Positions 14,530-27,789 of a DNA stretch of 64,000 nucleotides are shown in pieces. Below the pieces are notes generated by a model. The model saw nothing but the letters and a program-made list of their open reading frames with translations. It searched no databases and was not told the DNA's origin. This DNA comes from Octopus sinensis (Eukaryota), in contig NC_043005.1 of assembly GCF_006345805.1 (NCBI RefSeq), forward strand, positions 40,858,001 through 40,922,000, given 5' to 3'. A program made the position numbers and the translations under genes. Position 1 is the stretch's first letter, and each line of letters begins with the position of its first letter.

Positions 14530-15640
14530 GATACAGTTATGCCAGAAACTAGGGGTGATACTACCCTTTACTATCTAGTTGACTGTGAATGACTAACACG
14601 TGTCCTATTTTGCCAGATATTTTTGGTATATCAGCAACCATCTCTAATAATGCAGCAACTTTCATATCCTTGATTGCCCTATTGACTGTACAACTGCCAA
14701 TTTGACTAGCTTGTCTTCCGCTGAGTCTAATTAAGGTGGCTCCACCACCCTCTCATACATCTTCATTCAAGAACCTCACACAGAAGCATTTTCATGTCTG
14801 TTGAGTATTAGAGATGGCAAGTGCACTGCCGTCATTCCATGCACACTTTTCACAAGTGGAATCTTGATTTAGATTACCATGCTGCTTTGTAATTCAGAAC
14901 ACCCCACACCTCTCATCACAAAGCACTGGCAAACCTCTTTCTGCCAGCAACTCTCTGCAGTACATGTATTTAACAAGCTTCTCTTCTAGCTACCTAACAT
15001 TGTTCTTTGCTTTCTCATGTTTTTCCATTTATTCCAGGCCTGTTGCTTAGATTTAATGACTATATTTACTGTAATAGTCTTATCACTGTCACATTCCACT
15101 TGGTTAATACTGGCAGTAGGTCATCTAACAAAATCACCCAGTTGTTTCCTCCTTTGTATCATAGGAGTCACCTACAGTTTCTTTGACCTCATGTATGGCC
15201 AATGGATCTTTCAGCTTCTAAACCTGTCTTCTCCAGATTGTCTTGGCACTCAGAATCTGTCAACTCAAACCAGGATGTTGCTAATTACTAGTCTATTCTG
15301 AATCATACATTTTCGCTAAGACTAAATATTCACAACCAGCTGTCTTTCTCACTTTCTGATGAATATGAAGTCTATCTGGCTTATATGTTCATCTGAATGG
15401 CAGATGAGCAAATGGCAGATGAGCAAATGGCTGATCAGTTTCCTGAAGTTAGCATTACAAGTGGTTAGGTCATTTGCATCACACAACTCAAGCCTTGGTC
15501 CCTTTTCAATCCTTGAACCATACACATAGCCTCCATGTACATCAGAGTGTTACCCAACAGATCTGTTAAAGTCACCAGTCATAATGTCAATGTCACTGTC
15601 ATCTATTACCAAAACAATCTGCGAAAGAGCTATATAGAAA
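14530..15640 (-). mobile_element. Decayed RTE-clade LINE fragment (AP endonuclease region and downstream linker)
   Basis: Minus-strand remnants IMTGDFN..VG, VHGGYVYGSR.E.G, LCDANDLTTCNANFRK, typical of the RTE APE domain; heavily mutated. Confidence 0.7.
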
Positions 15641-16042
15641 TGGCTAATTTATTTGCTTATCAGTTACGTTGATGGGACATGTGCATGCAGATATCACTGT
15701 TGTTGCTGTGTTGCTTATAACTAGTCCAAGCTTAATGATTTTGTTATATACTTCATCTCTGCCAACAGAATGTGTATACCATCCACTGCAGTGCTGTTAC
15801 TGTCATCATCATCATTGTTTTAACAGTCACTGTTCCAAGCTTGCATGGTTTAGACAGAATTTGTTGAGGCAAATTTCTACGGCTGGATACTCTTCCTGAA
15901 GCTAAACCATATCTGTTTCCAAGCTAAGTAATATTTCCCCATGGCTAAGCATGCATTCATAGGAGATTGGAAATAAATAACACCAGTGACACTGGTGTTC
16001 AACATCAAGTCAAGGGGACACACACATACATGTATGTGTATA

Positions 16043-16101
<59 letters not shown>

Positions 16102-17355
16102 CATATATGTATAATGGGCTTCTTTCAGTTTCCATTTACCAAATCTACTTACAAGGCTTAGGTTAGTCCAGAACTAAAGAAGAATACACTTGCTCAAGGT
16201 ACCACACAGAGAAACTGAACCCAAAACCATATGGTCTTGAAGTAAACTTCTTAAACACACAGCTACACCAGCAGACATACACATGCACATTTCCAACCCA
16301 TGCCAGCATGGAAAGCAGATGTTAAATGAGGATAATACATGTTTATGTAAGTTTGCATTGTGTGTGCACATGCACATGATGAACTAAAGAAAGATTTACT
16401 AATTCTACAGATATTATCAAATTAATGCAAGTACTTATCACTGTTGTTTTTGTTTAACTCTAGGTCAAACTAAATGAAGCAAACCTATACTAAATGAAGT
16501 TCCAGCCTTGATCAGCCATCTATTTTTTCAGACACAATGTATCACAAGGATTACCATATCTAATGAAAGCAGTAGGCTGTGATTTCCTTGAGTGCCAACA
16601 GCTGTATTTCATAAGTATAGAAAAGTTTAAAAGTGATTGCATGTGGTAATCAGTGTACTTGCTTGCTCTGTGATTTAGAATATCTTAACAATTTACCTTG
16701 ATGAAATTGGCACAATGAAGACACTACATATCAAATCTGGCTATTTCAAAAACTATATATCTGTCAGTGTGACTGTCAAAACATGCATAAAATTTTGCAG
16801 AGTCAAACTAATTTACCCAAACCGTTTACAGTTCAGATGAAGACAGATATAAGTTGAGATTATTTTGCAAAGTGCAAATCTGTTACCAGATGTGCATTTT
16901 GATTTGTTGTATTTCTGTGCAGAACATCGCAGTCTACATTGCCTCAGTTTATTAAGCTACTGGGAGTAAGTTTCAAGATATCTGGAGTATGTTACATATG
17001 GTAGTCTACTGTCCCATCAACAGGAGAAAGTACATTTCTAGTTGATGACAAAACTGGAGAAGGGAACAAGCTTATACATTATGTACAATGGGCATGTGAT
17101 TTAAGTAGGGGATACTTTGGCTGGTATTTTTAGCATGTCAAGCGACCAGGTAGAGGCTCTTACATTGGTTTGATTGTGTGATGAGATTTTTTTACACATA
17201 TACGTATGTATATATATATATATATATATCATCGGCAGAAGTTAGAGAGTAAGTCAAAAGCTGAGAGTTTCATGTATTGGCACTTATCAAACACGAATTT
17301 GGCCATTGTCACTCTAACTTCTGCCTATTATTGTGTGGGTGTGTATGTGTGTGTG

Positions 17356-17387
<32 letters not shown>

Positions 17388-19693
17388 TAGATAGATAGAT
17401 AGATAGATAGATTGATAGATGGACACATTCTCATATGTGTTACTATAAAAACATCTTTGGTTATTAAAGAAGGGTTTTTTGTTAGGGGAGATTTTTAGTT
17501 TAAATTTTTCTGTTGTCGAAGACTCGTCATTTTGTCAATGGACCTGGAAACTGTTCACAAACAGCAGCAGTAATTTTCTTCAGCTGAATACACGTCATTG
17601 ATTAAAATTACCCAAATACAACAATTTTAACATGAAATAACTTCTAAGATCCCCAACAAGAAAATACTTTTCACAATTGAACGCTATGTTCCCCTTGTCT
17701 TTAAATGCATTTTTGTATGAATGTACTCTTTTCCCTAGATTGTTTGTTTCTTTGTTTAGAAACTCACTAGCGGGGGGAGTAATGTGGGGATCTAGCATGA
17801 CCCTGCTTGAGATTTGAAACTAAATCCACTGGCTTGTTGCTTGCCAAAACGAGTCAGTGGGGCAAAGGTCTGTACACACAACATCAAACCCAGTACATGT
17901 AAACATATATACACTCACACTCATGTCTGTCACAAATAATATATATGCAGAGATATGCATGTAACTGCATGTTTGTGTATTTCTATATGTATATTTATAT
18001 ATGTGAACACATGAGTACAGACAGCCATGCCAAATGAAAGTAATATGTTGCTCATAATATTAAAATTTTGCAGGTATAAATTTCCTTCCTCGTAACTTCT
18101 CAATGTGTTCCCACAAAATAAACAATATTCCCTTTCAAGCTGTCTACTAAAGTGAAATTACCTCTCACTTCTACAATGAGAGAAAGAAAAGAAAAACCAA
18201 CATTAGCTCTTTTAACATATATGTGTGGATGAGTTATTGCATCATTTAGTTCTTATTTATTTATGCTTAATGATTGGAATATAATGAAGTTCGAAGGTAG
18301 CTGTACATTATGATTGCTCTCTTGTCCAATCTAAGTAAATATCACAAAAGAAACATTAAATTGATGAATCAGAAGGAAAAAGCAAATTATCATAGACATA
18401 ATAATAATTGTTTAATATTTTGCTAAGCAATAAGGATGTAATATTTTATGACAATGAGAAGTGACAAGATCATGGTTAACACTATTAAATATTATACCAG
18501 CATTACTTTCACCACTCTTTATTGAATTTGGATATTGTTTTGTCATTAATGACTTCAATTTATCATATTTATAATCAGCCACCTTTGTAAGCCAATTAAT
18601 ACTTAATTGAATCTTGGATTGTTTATATTTATATACACCCTAGCAAACAGTATTAAGTCTTAAATAGCCTTGTCCATTTATATTGTACAATACATCAATA
18701 GGAACACTGTTACACATAAGCTTTCCATCAATTTTACAAGATATTATACAATTATATTGTTAAGCAGAGTCATTTGCATGATTATACAAATAAGATTATA
18801 TTACATAGGCCAGACTAATATACACATTAAAATACAATGGTGTTAGATATCATAATAATTAAGATGTGATACTATTATGATTCTAAACTAACCAATAAGG
18901 TTTTTTTCTTCCTAAGATATTAAAATCCTTGCTTTATGTTATTTGATACTGAAATATTAGTCTTTAGCCATTGGTCACTTGCATGCCAATATTTACACAA
19001 TGAACACAACAGGACAAGTAAACTGTCATGGGAATGTTGTAATAGATTTGGTGTGCTGCCTGGAAGATAGTTTACAGTAGCGAACCATGAGCAAAACCAA
19101 ATAGTCTTATTAAATGTATTACATTTACTTGAAATCATTTATTGCTTTTTCAGAAGAATAAAGTAACAAAAAAAAATCCTACTTTCACAAATTTTACTCC
19201 AATGAAAAATCTAGCCCATGGGTCACATAATCAGTCTTGACAAAGTGTGGCGAAAAACACTTTGAAAAGACTACAATGATTTAAGAATTTAAGAGAATAA
19301 ATTTAACAGAAACAACTGAGATGTATGAGCTAGGCTTGCTAAAACTGCTTTCTTCTAAGAGGTCAACTAAAACAATAAACAAAGCTACTATTATAGAGGG
19401 AAAAAAAAGAAGCCAGTATGGCAAGAATATGCTAAATAAATCAAATAAGAACAATGGTCAAACATTTGAAAACATAGATTTGATAATCATCAACTTAGAG
19501 AAAAATCTTCTAACCCACATTTTCATAGAAGGAAAATTCTTTTATAAAAGATAATCCAAATTTATGAGTATTCTCTATGGGTCTTCAATTAAAGTAATAT
19601 TTTATGTAGCTTTGAAGTAATAATTCCAGCAGGTTACTTTGGAGTGAGGGATAAGAAGAGCAAAACAGAATTTAAGCAGAGGCCACTATTTAA

Positions 19694-19914
19694 CCCTTTC
19701 GTTACCAACCTGGCCAAAACGGGCTCTGGCTCTGTAATACAAATGTTTTGTTTTCATAAGTTTTGAATTAAAATCTCCTACCAAACCTTAGTCACAATTT
19801 ATGATCCTAACACTAGCTGAATGATAACTAAGTTATTTTACTAAATTCTTTGTTATATTTAAAACAACTGAAAGAAACACAGAGCATCTCAAAATGAATA
19901 CGGTAACGAAAGGG
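19694..19914. mobile_element. piggyBac-type MITE, family A copy 1
   Basis: TTAA|ccctttcgttacc ... ggtaacgaaaggg|TTAA, perfect TIR, 221 bp. Confidence 0.9.
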
Positions 19915-21224
19915 TTAAGACAGGCAAATTAGAACTTATTGCTAATAATCCAACAACTGAGCATATACAAACAAACACCAATCATATTTTAAATCCCAAG
20001 ATTTAAATACTAAATACAGTAGACACATCACAAAAAGAGTGATCTTTCAAAACTAATCCCATGTGGAAGAATAATACTCAAAATTTCATCAGATAGAACA
20101 TCCACTACAAACACAAATAGTTCTTTTTATGTCAAAAATTTGGAGGAATTTGGTAAAAATAATCCTTTTTTTTTCTATTATTAAGCTGATATTTAGAATA
20201 TAATTGTCAGATAGGTTCTTAAACTGTTAACAGCAGGTTTTGTGTCAGAGAACCCAACAGAGGTCTTATGTGTGCTGGTATCACAAAGCTTAACCAGAAC
20301 AGGTTATTGGAATGATATATATACACTTCAATGTCAGCTTATGTGTTTATCGATACAGATCACACAACAATATCAATAAAAGTTGAGCAGTAAATGAGCT
20401 GATACAAATGTTACAATGTTATACCATAAACAGCATTAGATTATATGAATTATCATGAGAATAACACTTGACTTATTTCCTCACTGTTTCCAAGCAGGAA
20501 ATTTGTCCTTTTGCTACTTCAAGCTGAGAGGTTGGTGTTTAAAGCACCAAGAAAAGTCCAAAGCGTCCATATCCAACACTTCTTTTTTCTATAGAGGAAA
20601 TTTCTCATCCAACAGAAGATCAAACAGAATCTTAAAAATGATTCCATGGCTTGTGAATCATATAAATGGCTAGAGAGTGCTCATTGCAGTTTATGTGTTG
20701 AAGATATTAGATATAGGAATTTTGATATTAATTGATACCAAATCATTTGCAGAAACTGTTCATTGTGTGAAAAGTAACTGCTCTCCAAGGATCTTCATTT
20801 ACAGATAAGTTGTGTCAGAATTATCGTAAACAGATATGAAGGTATGCTAACAATAAGTCATTTAACAAAGGGAAAAATAAGGTCTTTTATTAGGAGTTTA
20901 CTACAATTGCAAGTAAATGTTAAAAGCATTACAGAGACTTGTGGGCAAAAGAAAAGAGAAATAATTGATCACAAACTTTCTACATGATGTTACTCACAAA
21001 ACATGGGTTGACCTGTGGTTTTGGTACAAAAGATGTGTATATGGTGCTGCATAATAGGATTGAACTCAGAATCATTTAATTGCAAAGCAATCGTTTTTAA
21101 TATGACAAACCTGTATCCAAGTAGACTTAAACAGTACAGAAATCCTACAGCAAAGACAAATACAAACCTAAGACATTACCAGTCTACAATGCAGTATAAC
21201 AAACTCTCTCTCTCTCTCTCTCTC

Positions 21225-21264
<40 letters not shown>

Positions 21265-21699
21265 CTATCAATCAATCAATCATACGTACAAGAGAAGGTG
21301 ATGGATAACATTCCACTCAACAAGTGAATAAGTTTAATTAAATCTACAATAAGCTGATTGAATAAATGTTTCAACTTTTCATAAGTAGTATGTTAATGTT
21401 TAGCAAATTACATTCGCGTTTGATGTCTCTTTCTGGCAAATAAATTACAGTAAATGAAGATGAGATTTATAAATGCGTTTGTTTTTATTTTTCAGATATG
21501 TAAACTTTAAACAATGCAAGAAAGCATTGCCTACACTCTCTAGAAGACTACTTAAGTGAAACATTACTTGTAAAGCCAATTTTTTTTAACAATCTAGCTA
21601 AAGATCCAACACTTACAATATAATGATGATTTACAAGGTATAGTGCAAATATGATGAATATAGCAAAGCATCTCCACAGGAATGATTATGCACATCCTT

Positions 21700-22690
21700 G
21701 GGATGACATTCTTGTACATAAGTCTTCATAGTCCAAGTTTGGATTTACCCACTTTATTATACACTGTAAAAGTAGTGTTTGTAGATATGGAGGTAAGATT
21801 TTGGTATCCAAAGACTGTTCCTGTCAATATGTGATTAATAAAACCTGCTTTCAAAAGAACATCCACAAGTATCATCTTTTCCAATTATCCAGATAATCAG
21901 GAAGATTTATAATGGAGTCTTTACATAAGACATATTTCAGGTCAGCATGTTTAATCTTCTTTCCTTCAAACATGTTGAGGCCTTTATTAACAGAAAGCCT
22001 ACAGTTATTTATATTCACTGTCAGCTCTTCCTGGTCACTCACATTTATTCCAAGATTTCTTTTAGGCAGTGATTAATACAAACTATCTTTCTTTTTCCTT
22101 TTATTTTTTTAAGGCTTACTTTGCAGAAGTTTTCCAATTTTCAGTTCATCATAGAAAAGTTGTTTCAAAAGTCATTCACTGCTCATTCTCACAAAATGCC
22201 CTGTTCAGCATATCTGACTGCTGAGATAGATAGCCCTTTAAAGAGCTTGGTGGTAGAGACTGCCCCTAGATACTGAGTATGCACTTCAGATATTTCTGTT
22301 AAAATACCTCAAGTATCATGAGGTGTAATAGTACAGTGTCTACATCATAAAACAAATACTTAAGGATAGTTAGAACATGGGTTCTAACTGACTTTAGCTC
22401 AAATGGTGATGCCATGATCTGACCACACTAACTTTCCAAATGCCAAACAAGCATTTTGGATTCAAAAGGGAATTTCCTCATACAAAGATTCATCTTTTGG
22501 TAATATGCTTCAAGACATAAAGGAAGATATGTCTACAGCCTCTAATTTAGTGTCATTTGCTAAGATGTTTGGTTCAATGCAAGGTTCACTAGGCACAGGA
22601 GTAAACATTGTTTTTGTCTTCAAGCTTATTGTGAGTTCATATGCAACACATGCATGTCATTTTCAGAATGAGCAACAAAAATCAACAATC
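21700..22690 (-). mobile_element. Decayed RTE-clade LINE fragment (post-RT C-terminal region)
   Basis: Minus strand LPKDESLYEEI..IQNACLAFGKL..VWSDHGITI.AKV resembles the RTE consensus D.EI..RI.KAS.AFGRL...VW; many stops. Confidence 0.6.
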
Positions 22691-24389
22691 TAATAATGCA
22701 GTTGATGAAGTTCCTGATGTCAAAAATCTTACATCTTAATTTTAATCTCAGGTCATTCATGAAAAGCATAAGATGCATAGGAAGTTCTTAGAAAGCTAAG
22801 TAGTCCTTCAAATTTTGAGAACATATTTAAGGAATTACATCATAAGACAAAGGCTTGAGTCAGTTTCAATATGCAGTTTTCTAATGAAATTATGATGGAA
22901 AATGGAGTTCAACAGAGTGATATCCCAGCTTTTATTCTCTTTCCAGCAAACAAGATGAGGATAAATATCGAATGTAAATAATGTACATAATTCCTCATCT
23001 CTTAAATACAGAACTGAAAAATGTCTATTAATAAAAAAGTATAAACCTTTTAAAGTTAAAATAAACATAAAGCAATGTTTTATGGTTTGTCTATTTACTT
23101 CTGTCCATGTCTGTGTATATATATGTAATCTATGATGTGCACCATCTAATCTATGATGTATATATATGTAATCTATGAAGTGCACAATATTTCAGCAATA
23201 GTATTAAGGCTACATATTTATGCCACATTAAATGTCGAATGGCTATGAAGCTCCACCAGAATATAATAGTAATAAAAGGGGACCATGGATAAAAAATGGT
23301 TGAGAATCCCTACTCTAGGGTCTCAGTTTTGATGGCTAAATGTTCTTCCTAGTGCCAGCTACTTTACAGAGCATATGAGGTACTTTTTTCATGATACCAA
23401 AACTAGTGAAGTTGTCTTGTAACTTTTGCAAGATGAAAGAGCCACTCTATCTCCTACCCTCTTGAGAGACAGAACAGAAGATAGAATGGTTGTGAGATGT
23501 TGAGAGGTTAATGTATGATAGGTGGAGTAAAGACAGGTTCGCATGGAGAAATTTTAAGGCTACTTTGCATTTTGCATGGATGGCTGAAGTGATGTCACAA
23601 AAAGGGGCAAATGTGAAGGTGGCGAGGTGTCAGAGCATACCATCAAGTTGATGTATTCAGCATGGAGACAAGTGAGTTAGAAGTGGGTAAAGTTGCACGA
23701 GTGTAAGAAATAGATCTAAGCATGGGTTGAAAGTGGTCAGATGCGCATGGGAGGTGAATGTAGTGAGTGGTGGTGAAGGTGGAGTGACTGATGGGAGGAC
23801 AGAGGTTCAGGTGAGAAGTGGGTGTCTGACACTACAGAAATAGCGATATGTAATGATGTGTAGAAACAGGTCCTAATCTTATTACTTACAGCAACACAAT
23901 AAAACAGTAGACAGGAGGGTTATGGAGGGATTTTCTGGAAGATGAGGTTAAAGATTGCAAGAGTTGGAGAGACAAGTAAAAGGTGGATGCAACAGAAGGA
24001 GATAGCAATGGTACACATGTTTCCACAACCTCAGTGTGAGCATGCACATTATACTTTTTGAACTTCAGTCCTATCCTACTAGCATAGCTTGGGGCAGCTT
24101 TTCTTGAGTACTACTCATCCATTGCAATCCTCTTGCTCCATTAACATCTCCTTGTCATACATCACAATATATGTATGATGTGCATGGTTGAACACACACA
24201 CACACATTCATTGACATCTATAAAACTACAAATTTTGAATGATAAAATATTTTGAGTACTTTACCCCTTTTTTAAAAAGTCAAAAAAGTACACACAATTG
24301 GACATACCACTAAAAAGGCTTTCACATGGTCACTCAACTTGCTACAACAAGCAGCTAAATATTCTTGAAATCACATTCTACTGTCTTAA

Positions 24390-24610
24390 CCCTTTAGCAT
24401 TCAAACTGGCCATATCCGGCCGAAATATTCTACTTGTTTAATGCCCAAATTTGCCAGATACAACCTTTCATACCTATCCCACAATGTGATTCTGAAAAAT
24501 AAATGATCACATGATTGAAATTTTGAAGCTATGAGATAATGCATGGTTGATTCAAAACAATGTGAATAAATAAGCATTACATTTGACAAAATAATCTGAA
24601 CACTAAAGGG
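24390..24610. mobile_element. piggyBac-type MITE, family B copy 1
   Basis: TTAA|ccctttagcattc ... gaacactaaaggg|TTAA, 221 bp; interior differs from family A. Confidence 0.85.
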
Positions 24611-26026
24611 TTAAAATAAATAAGCTCAAATTGGGTAAATTCTGCTCAATCAGAACTGATCTAAAGCTAAACAACATGCCTATACTCAAATACCTACATA
24701 CACAAACAGATAGATTTATATATAAAATTAGGCTACAAATATCAAATGATCATTTTGACATATCCAACTATAAAACTGATACACTCACAAAAGACTAAAT
24801 ATATTCAGAAAACAATACTAATTAAGTTCCATATATATTCAGCCCACAAACTTCACACACACACACACACACACTGAGTACAACTGAACAGTTTACACTA
24901 AATGTAAGTAAATGGTTTCATTTCCCCTTGCTCCATAAGAAAACAAAAAACTTTGTAGCCGAGACTTTATCTACAAAGTAAACCTTTTCCCCTCAATGAA
25001 ATATTGGTACATAAAGAACAACAAAACTAATGCAGAAAACAATCATGTCCACTACAACAAATATCACCATGACAACCACCACTCTCTAAACAGTAATCAC
25101 TACTTGCATCGAAACTATGTCACAACACCCAACCACCAAAGCTCACCAGATTGCGTCAATACCAAAATCAATAAACATACAAGAAAGCATAAAAATTATT
25201 TCTCCAGTTCAGAAAAGACGAATCAAATACACATAACAATATTGAGTTACCCAACACATACCCAGTTCCAATTACAGAGAACTCAAGAACAAACAGCTAA
25301 AGAAAGCTATAATATAGCCATTACTGAACAAGAAGCAACAAGTATATTTGCTAAGCAACATTGTTGCTGTCCAACCAGAAAGTATTTTCTTCTATTGGGC
25401 TACTTGGTGGTTAATCATTAATATATTACATAATGATCAGCACACATATCCAACATAGGTATAATCAATACATGCATGGACACTAGCTGATGTATCCAAT
25501 ACTTATACACATCTGAGATGTATGCACATCAACAGATGGACACATAAATCTGAACTGTAGATGACACATCAACACAAGCCATACACACAAATCTGACACA
25601 CTGACACACATACAGGTCTGACATGGTTTGGGCAAATGGACAACACATACATACGTACATACCTTGACAATATACATCAACACTTTTTCTTTTCCTCCTT
25701 CTTAGAAACAATAATATTGCACCTACTAAAGAAAAGGCCATGGAAGACCCCTCACACCCCAAAAATGGAGAAGGGTTGAACATGGTGTGAAGATTCGCTT
25801 TACTCTTTCACTCTTTTACTTGTTTCTGTCATTAGATTGCAGCTATGCTGGAGCACTGTCTTGAAGAATTTTAATTGAATGAATCGACCCCAGTACTTAC
25901 CATTAATCCTGACGTATTCTATCACTCTCTTTTGCCAAACTGCTATGTTACAGTAACATAAACATGCCAACATCAGTTATCAATCAGTAGTGGGGAACAA
26001 ATACAGGCACAAACACACATACAATC

Positions 26027-26070
<44 letters not shown>

Positions 26071-26329
26071 GTGTGTGTGTGTGAGAGAGAGAGGTGTGTG
26101 TGTGTGAGAGAGAGAGAGAATTTCTCCATTTTCTTCTTTTTCTCATTCATAAATAATTTAAATACCCATATCCATCAATGCAAAACTAACATATTTAGTT
26201 TTTCACTGAACACTGGTAAAAACTGGAGAACTAGGCGGCAAACATCTCTTAAAGCATTATAGGTCCTTGGCTTAATTAAATTTAGTTATAGAGTGTGCTT
26301 CTTTTTTTGAGATTTATGTTTTTACATTC

Positions 26330-26762
26330 TGGCTGTGTGGTAAGTAGCTTGCTTACCAACCACATGGTTTTGGGTTCATTCCCACTGCATGGCACCTTGG
26401 GCAAGTGTCTTCTATTATAACCTCGGGCTGACCAAAGCTTTGTGAGTGGATTTGGTAGATGGAAACTGAAAGAAGATCGTTGTATATGTGTATGTATATA
26501 TGTATGTATGTATGTATGTACATACGTACGTATGTATGTATGAATGTATGTGTATATGTTTGTGCGTCTGTGTTTGTCCCCCCAACATTGCTTGACAATC
26601 GATGCTGGTGTGTTTACGTCCCTGTAACTTAGCAGTTCGGCAAAAAAGACTGATAGAGTAAGTACTAGGCTTACAAAGAATAAGTCCTGGGGTCGATTTG
26701 CTCGACAAAAGGTGGTGCTCCGGTATGGCCACAGTCAAATGACTGAAACGAGTAAAAGAGAG
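26330..26762 (+). mobile_element. tRNA-derived SINE with an internal microsatellite (cephalopod type)
   Basis: Head tggctgtgtggtaagtagcttgc...gggttcattcccactgc, internal (TATG)n, tail ...ggccacagtcaaatgactgaaac. Related copies at about 25800-26010(-), 30760-30920(+), 38600-38977(-), 40430-40560(-), 47095-47487(-), 16110-16270(-). Confidence 0.8.
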
Positions 26763-27526
26763 TATATATATATTGGGAAACAATGTGTAGATATATATAG
26801 GTATGTATATTTATAAAATGGGATAGGATGCGTATGTATGTGTGTATATATATATATAAATGTATAAATCTTCCCATGGGTGTATTTGGTCTTAACTAAG
26901 CTGTAAGGTTTGTCATATTCTATCAGTAAATCTCCACTAAGTGTAGATAAATTATTAGAACAGACATATCTTAAACGTTAGCTAAATTTTACAAAACTAA
27001 ATACTTAGCTGTTTAATTAGACACTTCATTGTTTATACTAGCCTCCAGGCAGTTTTATGCAAGTTCCTAAATGATACTTATTCATTTGATTCCCACTTTG
27101 TGTTATTTTTCTATGCCACTTTTTCCTTTGTATCCTTTATTCATCTAATAGTGCTCACTCAGTAAATATTTCTTTCATTATTTTCTCACAGTATTAATCT
27201 TTCTTTTAATCAAACTCAAAGGCAATCCAATCTCTACGTAGTCATTTAGTATGCTAGATATAGCAGAAACCATGTATTGGGTATATCCTAAGGCCTATAA
27301 CATAACAAACAACCATACCAACAAATTTACCACTGATATTTTTTCCTTTTCCAAAATATGCTGGTGGGGGAATTTCAAATCCACCCCCATTCAACTTACT
27401 ACTCAATAACTTGGAATCAAATTCATCCTAGCTCTGAAGATATCAGATTATTATGTTCAAATCATTCTCCAAATGTTCTAACCTGAGCGCAAATAAATGA
27501 GTCGTCGTCGTCGTCATTATTATTAT

Positions 27527-27735
27527 TAAGGTAGTGAGGTGTCAGAATTATTAGTATACCAGGCAAAATATAGCATTTCATCTGTCCTTAAGTTCTAAGT
27601 TCAAATTCTGTTGAGGTCAAGTTTGCTTTCCATCCTTACAAGTTCAATAAAATAAGTATCAGTTGAACACTGGGGTCAATGTAATCGACTTATTCCCACC
27701 CCTGAAATTGCTGGCTTAGTGTCAAAATTTGAAAC

Positions 27736-27789
<54 letters not shown>

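Noticed and set aside
17595-18160. Kinase-like fragments (GDLRSY, EYC..G, FGMA)
   Set aside because: Splice sites are weak or absent, and the fragments cannot be assembled into one collinear domain.
20540-20588. KRSVGYGRFG, resembling a kinase glycine-rich loop
   Set aside because: Short match that hits a stop; no ordered VAVK/HRD/DFG motifs with compatible phases nearby.
20996-21144. Open minus-strand exon-like segment ending in GTGAGT
   Set aside because: The donor and much of the body derive from a degenerate SINE head (...caaccca/ttgtgagt).
24996-25421. 141-aa plus-strand ORF rich in N, H, T and K
   Set aside because: Arises from A/C-skewed low-complexity or decayed repeat sequence; no domain and no splice signals.
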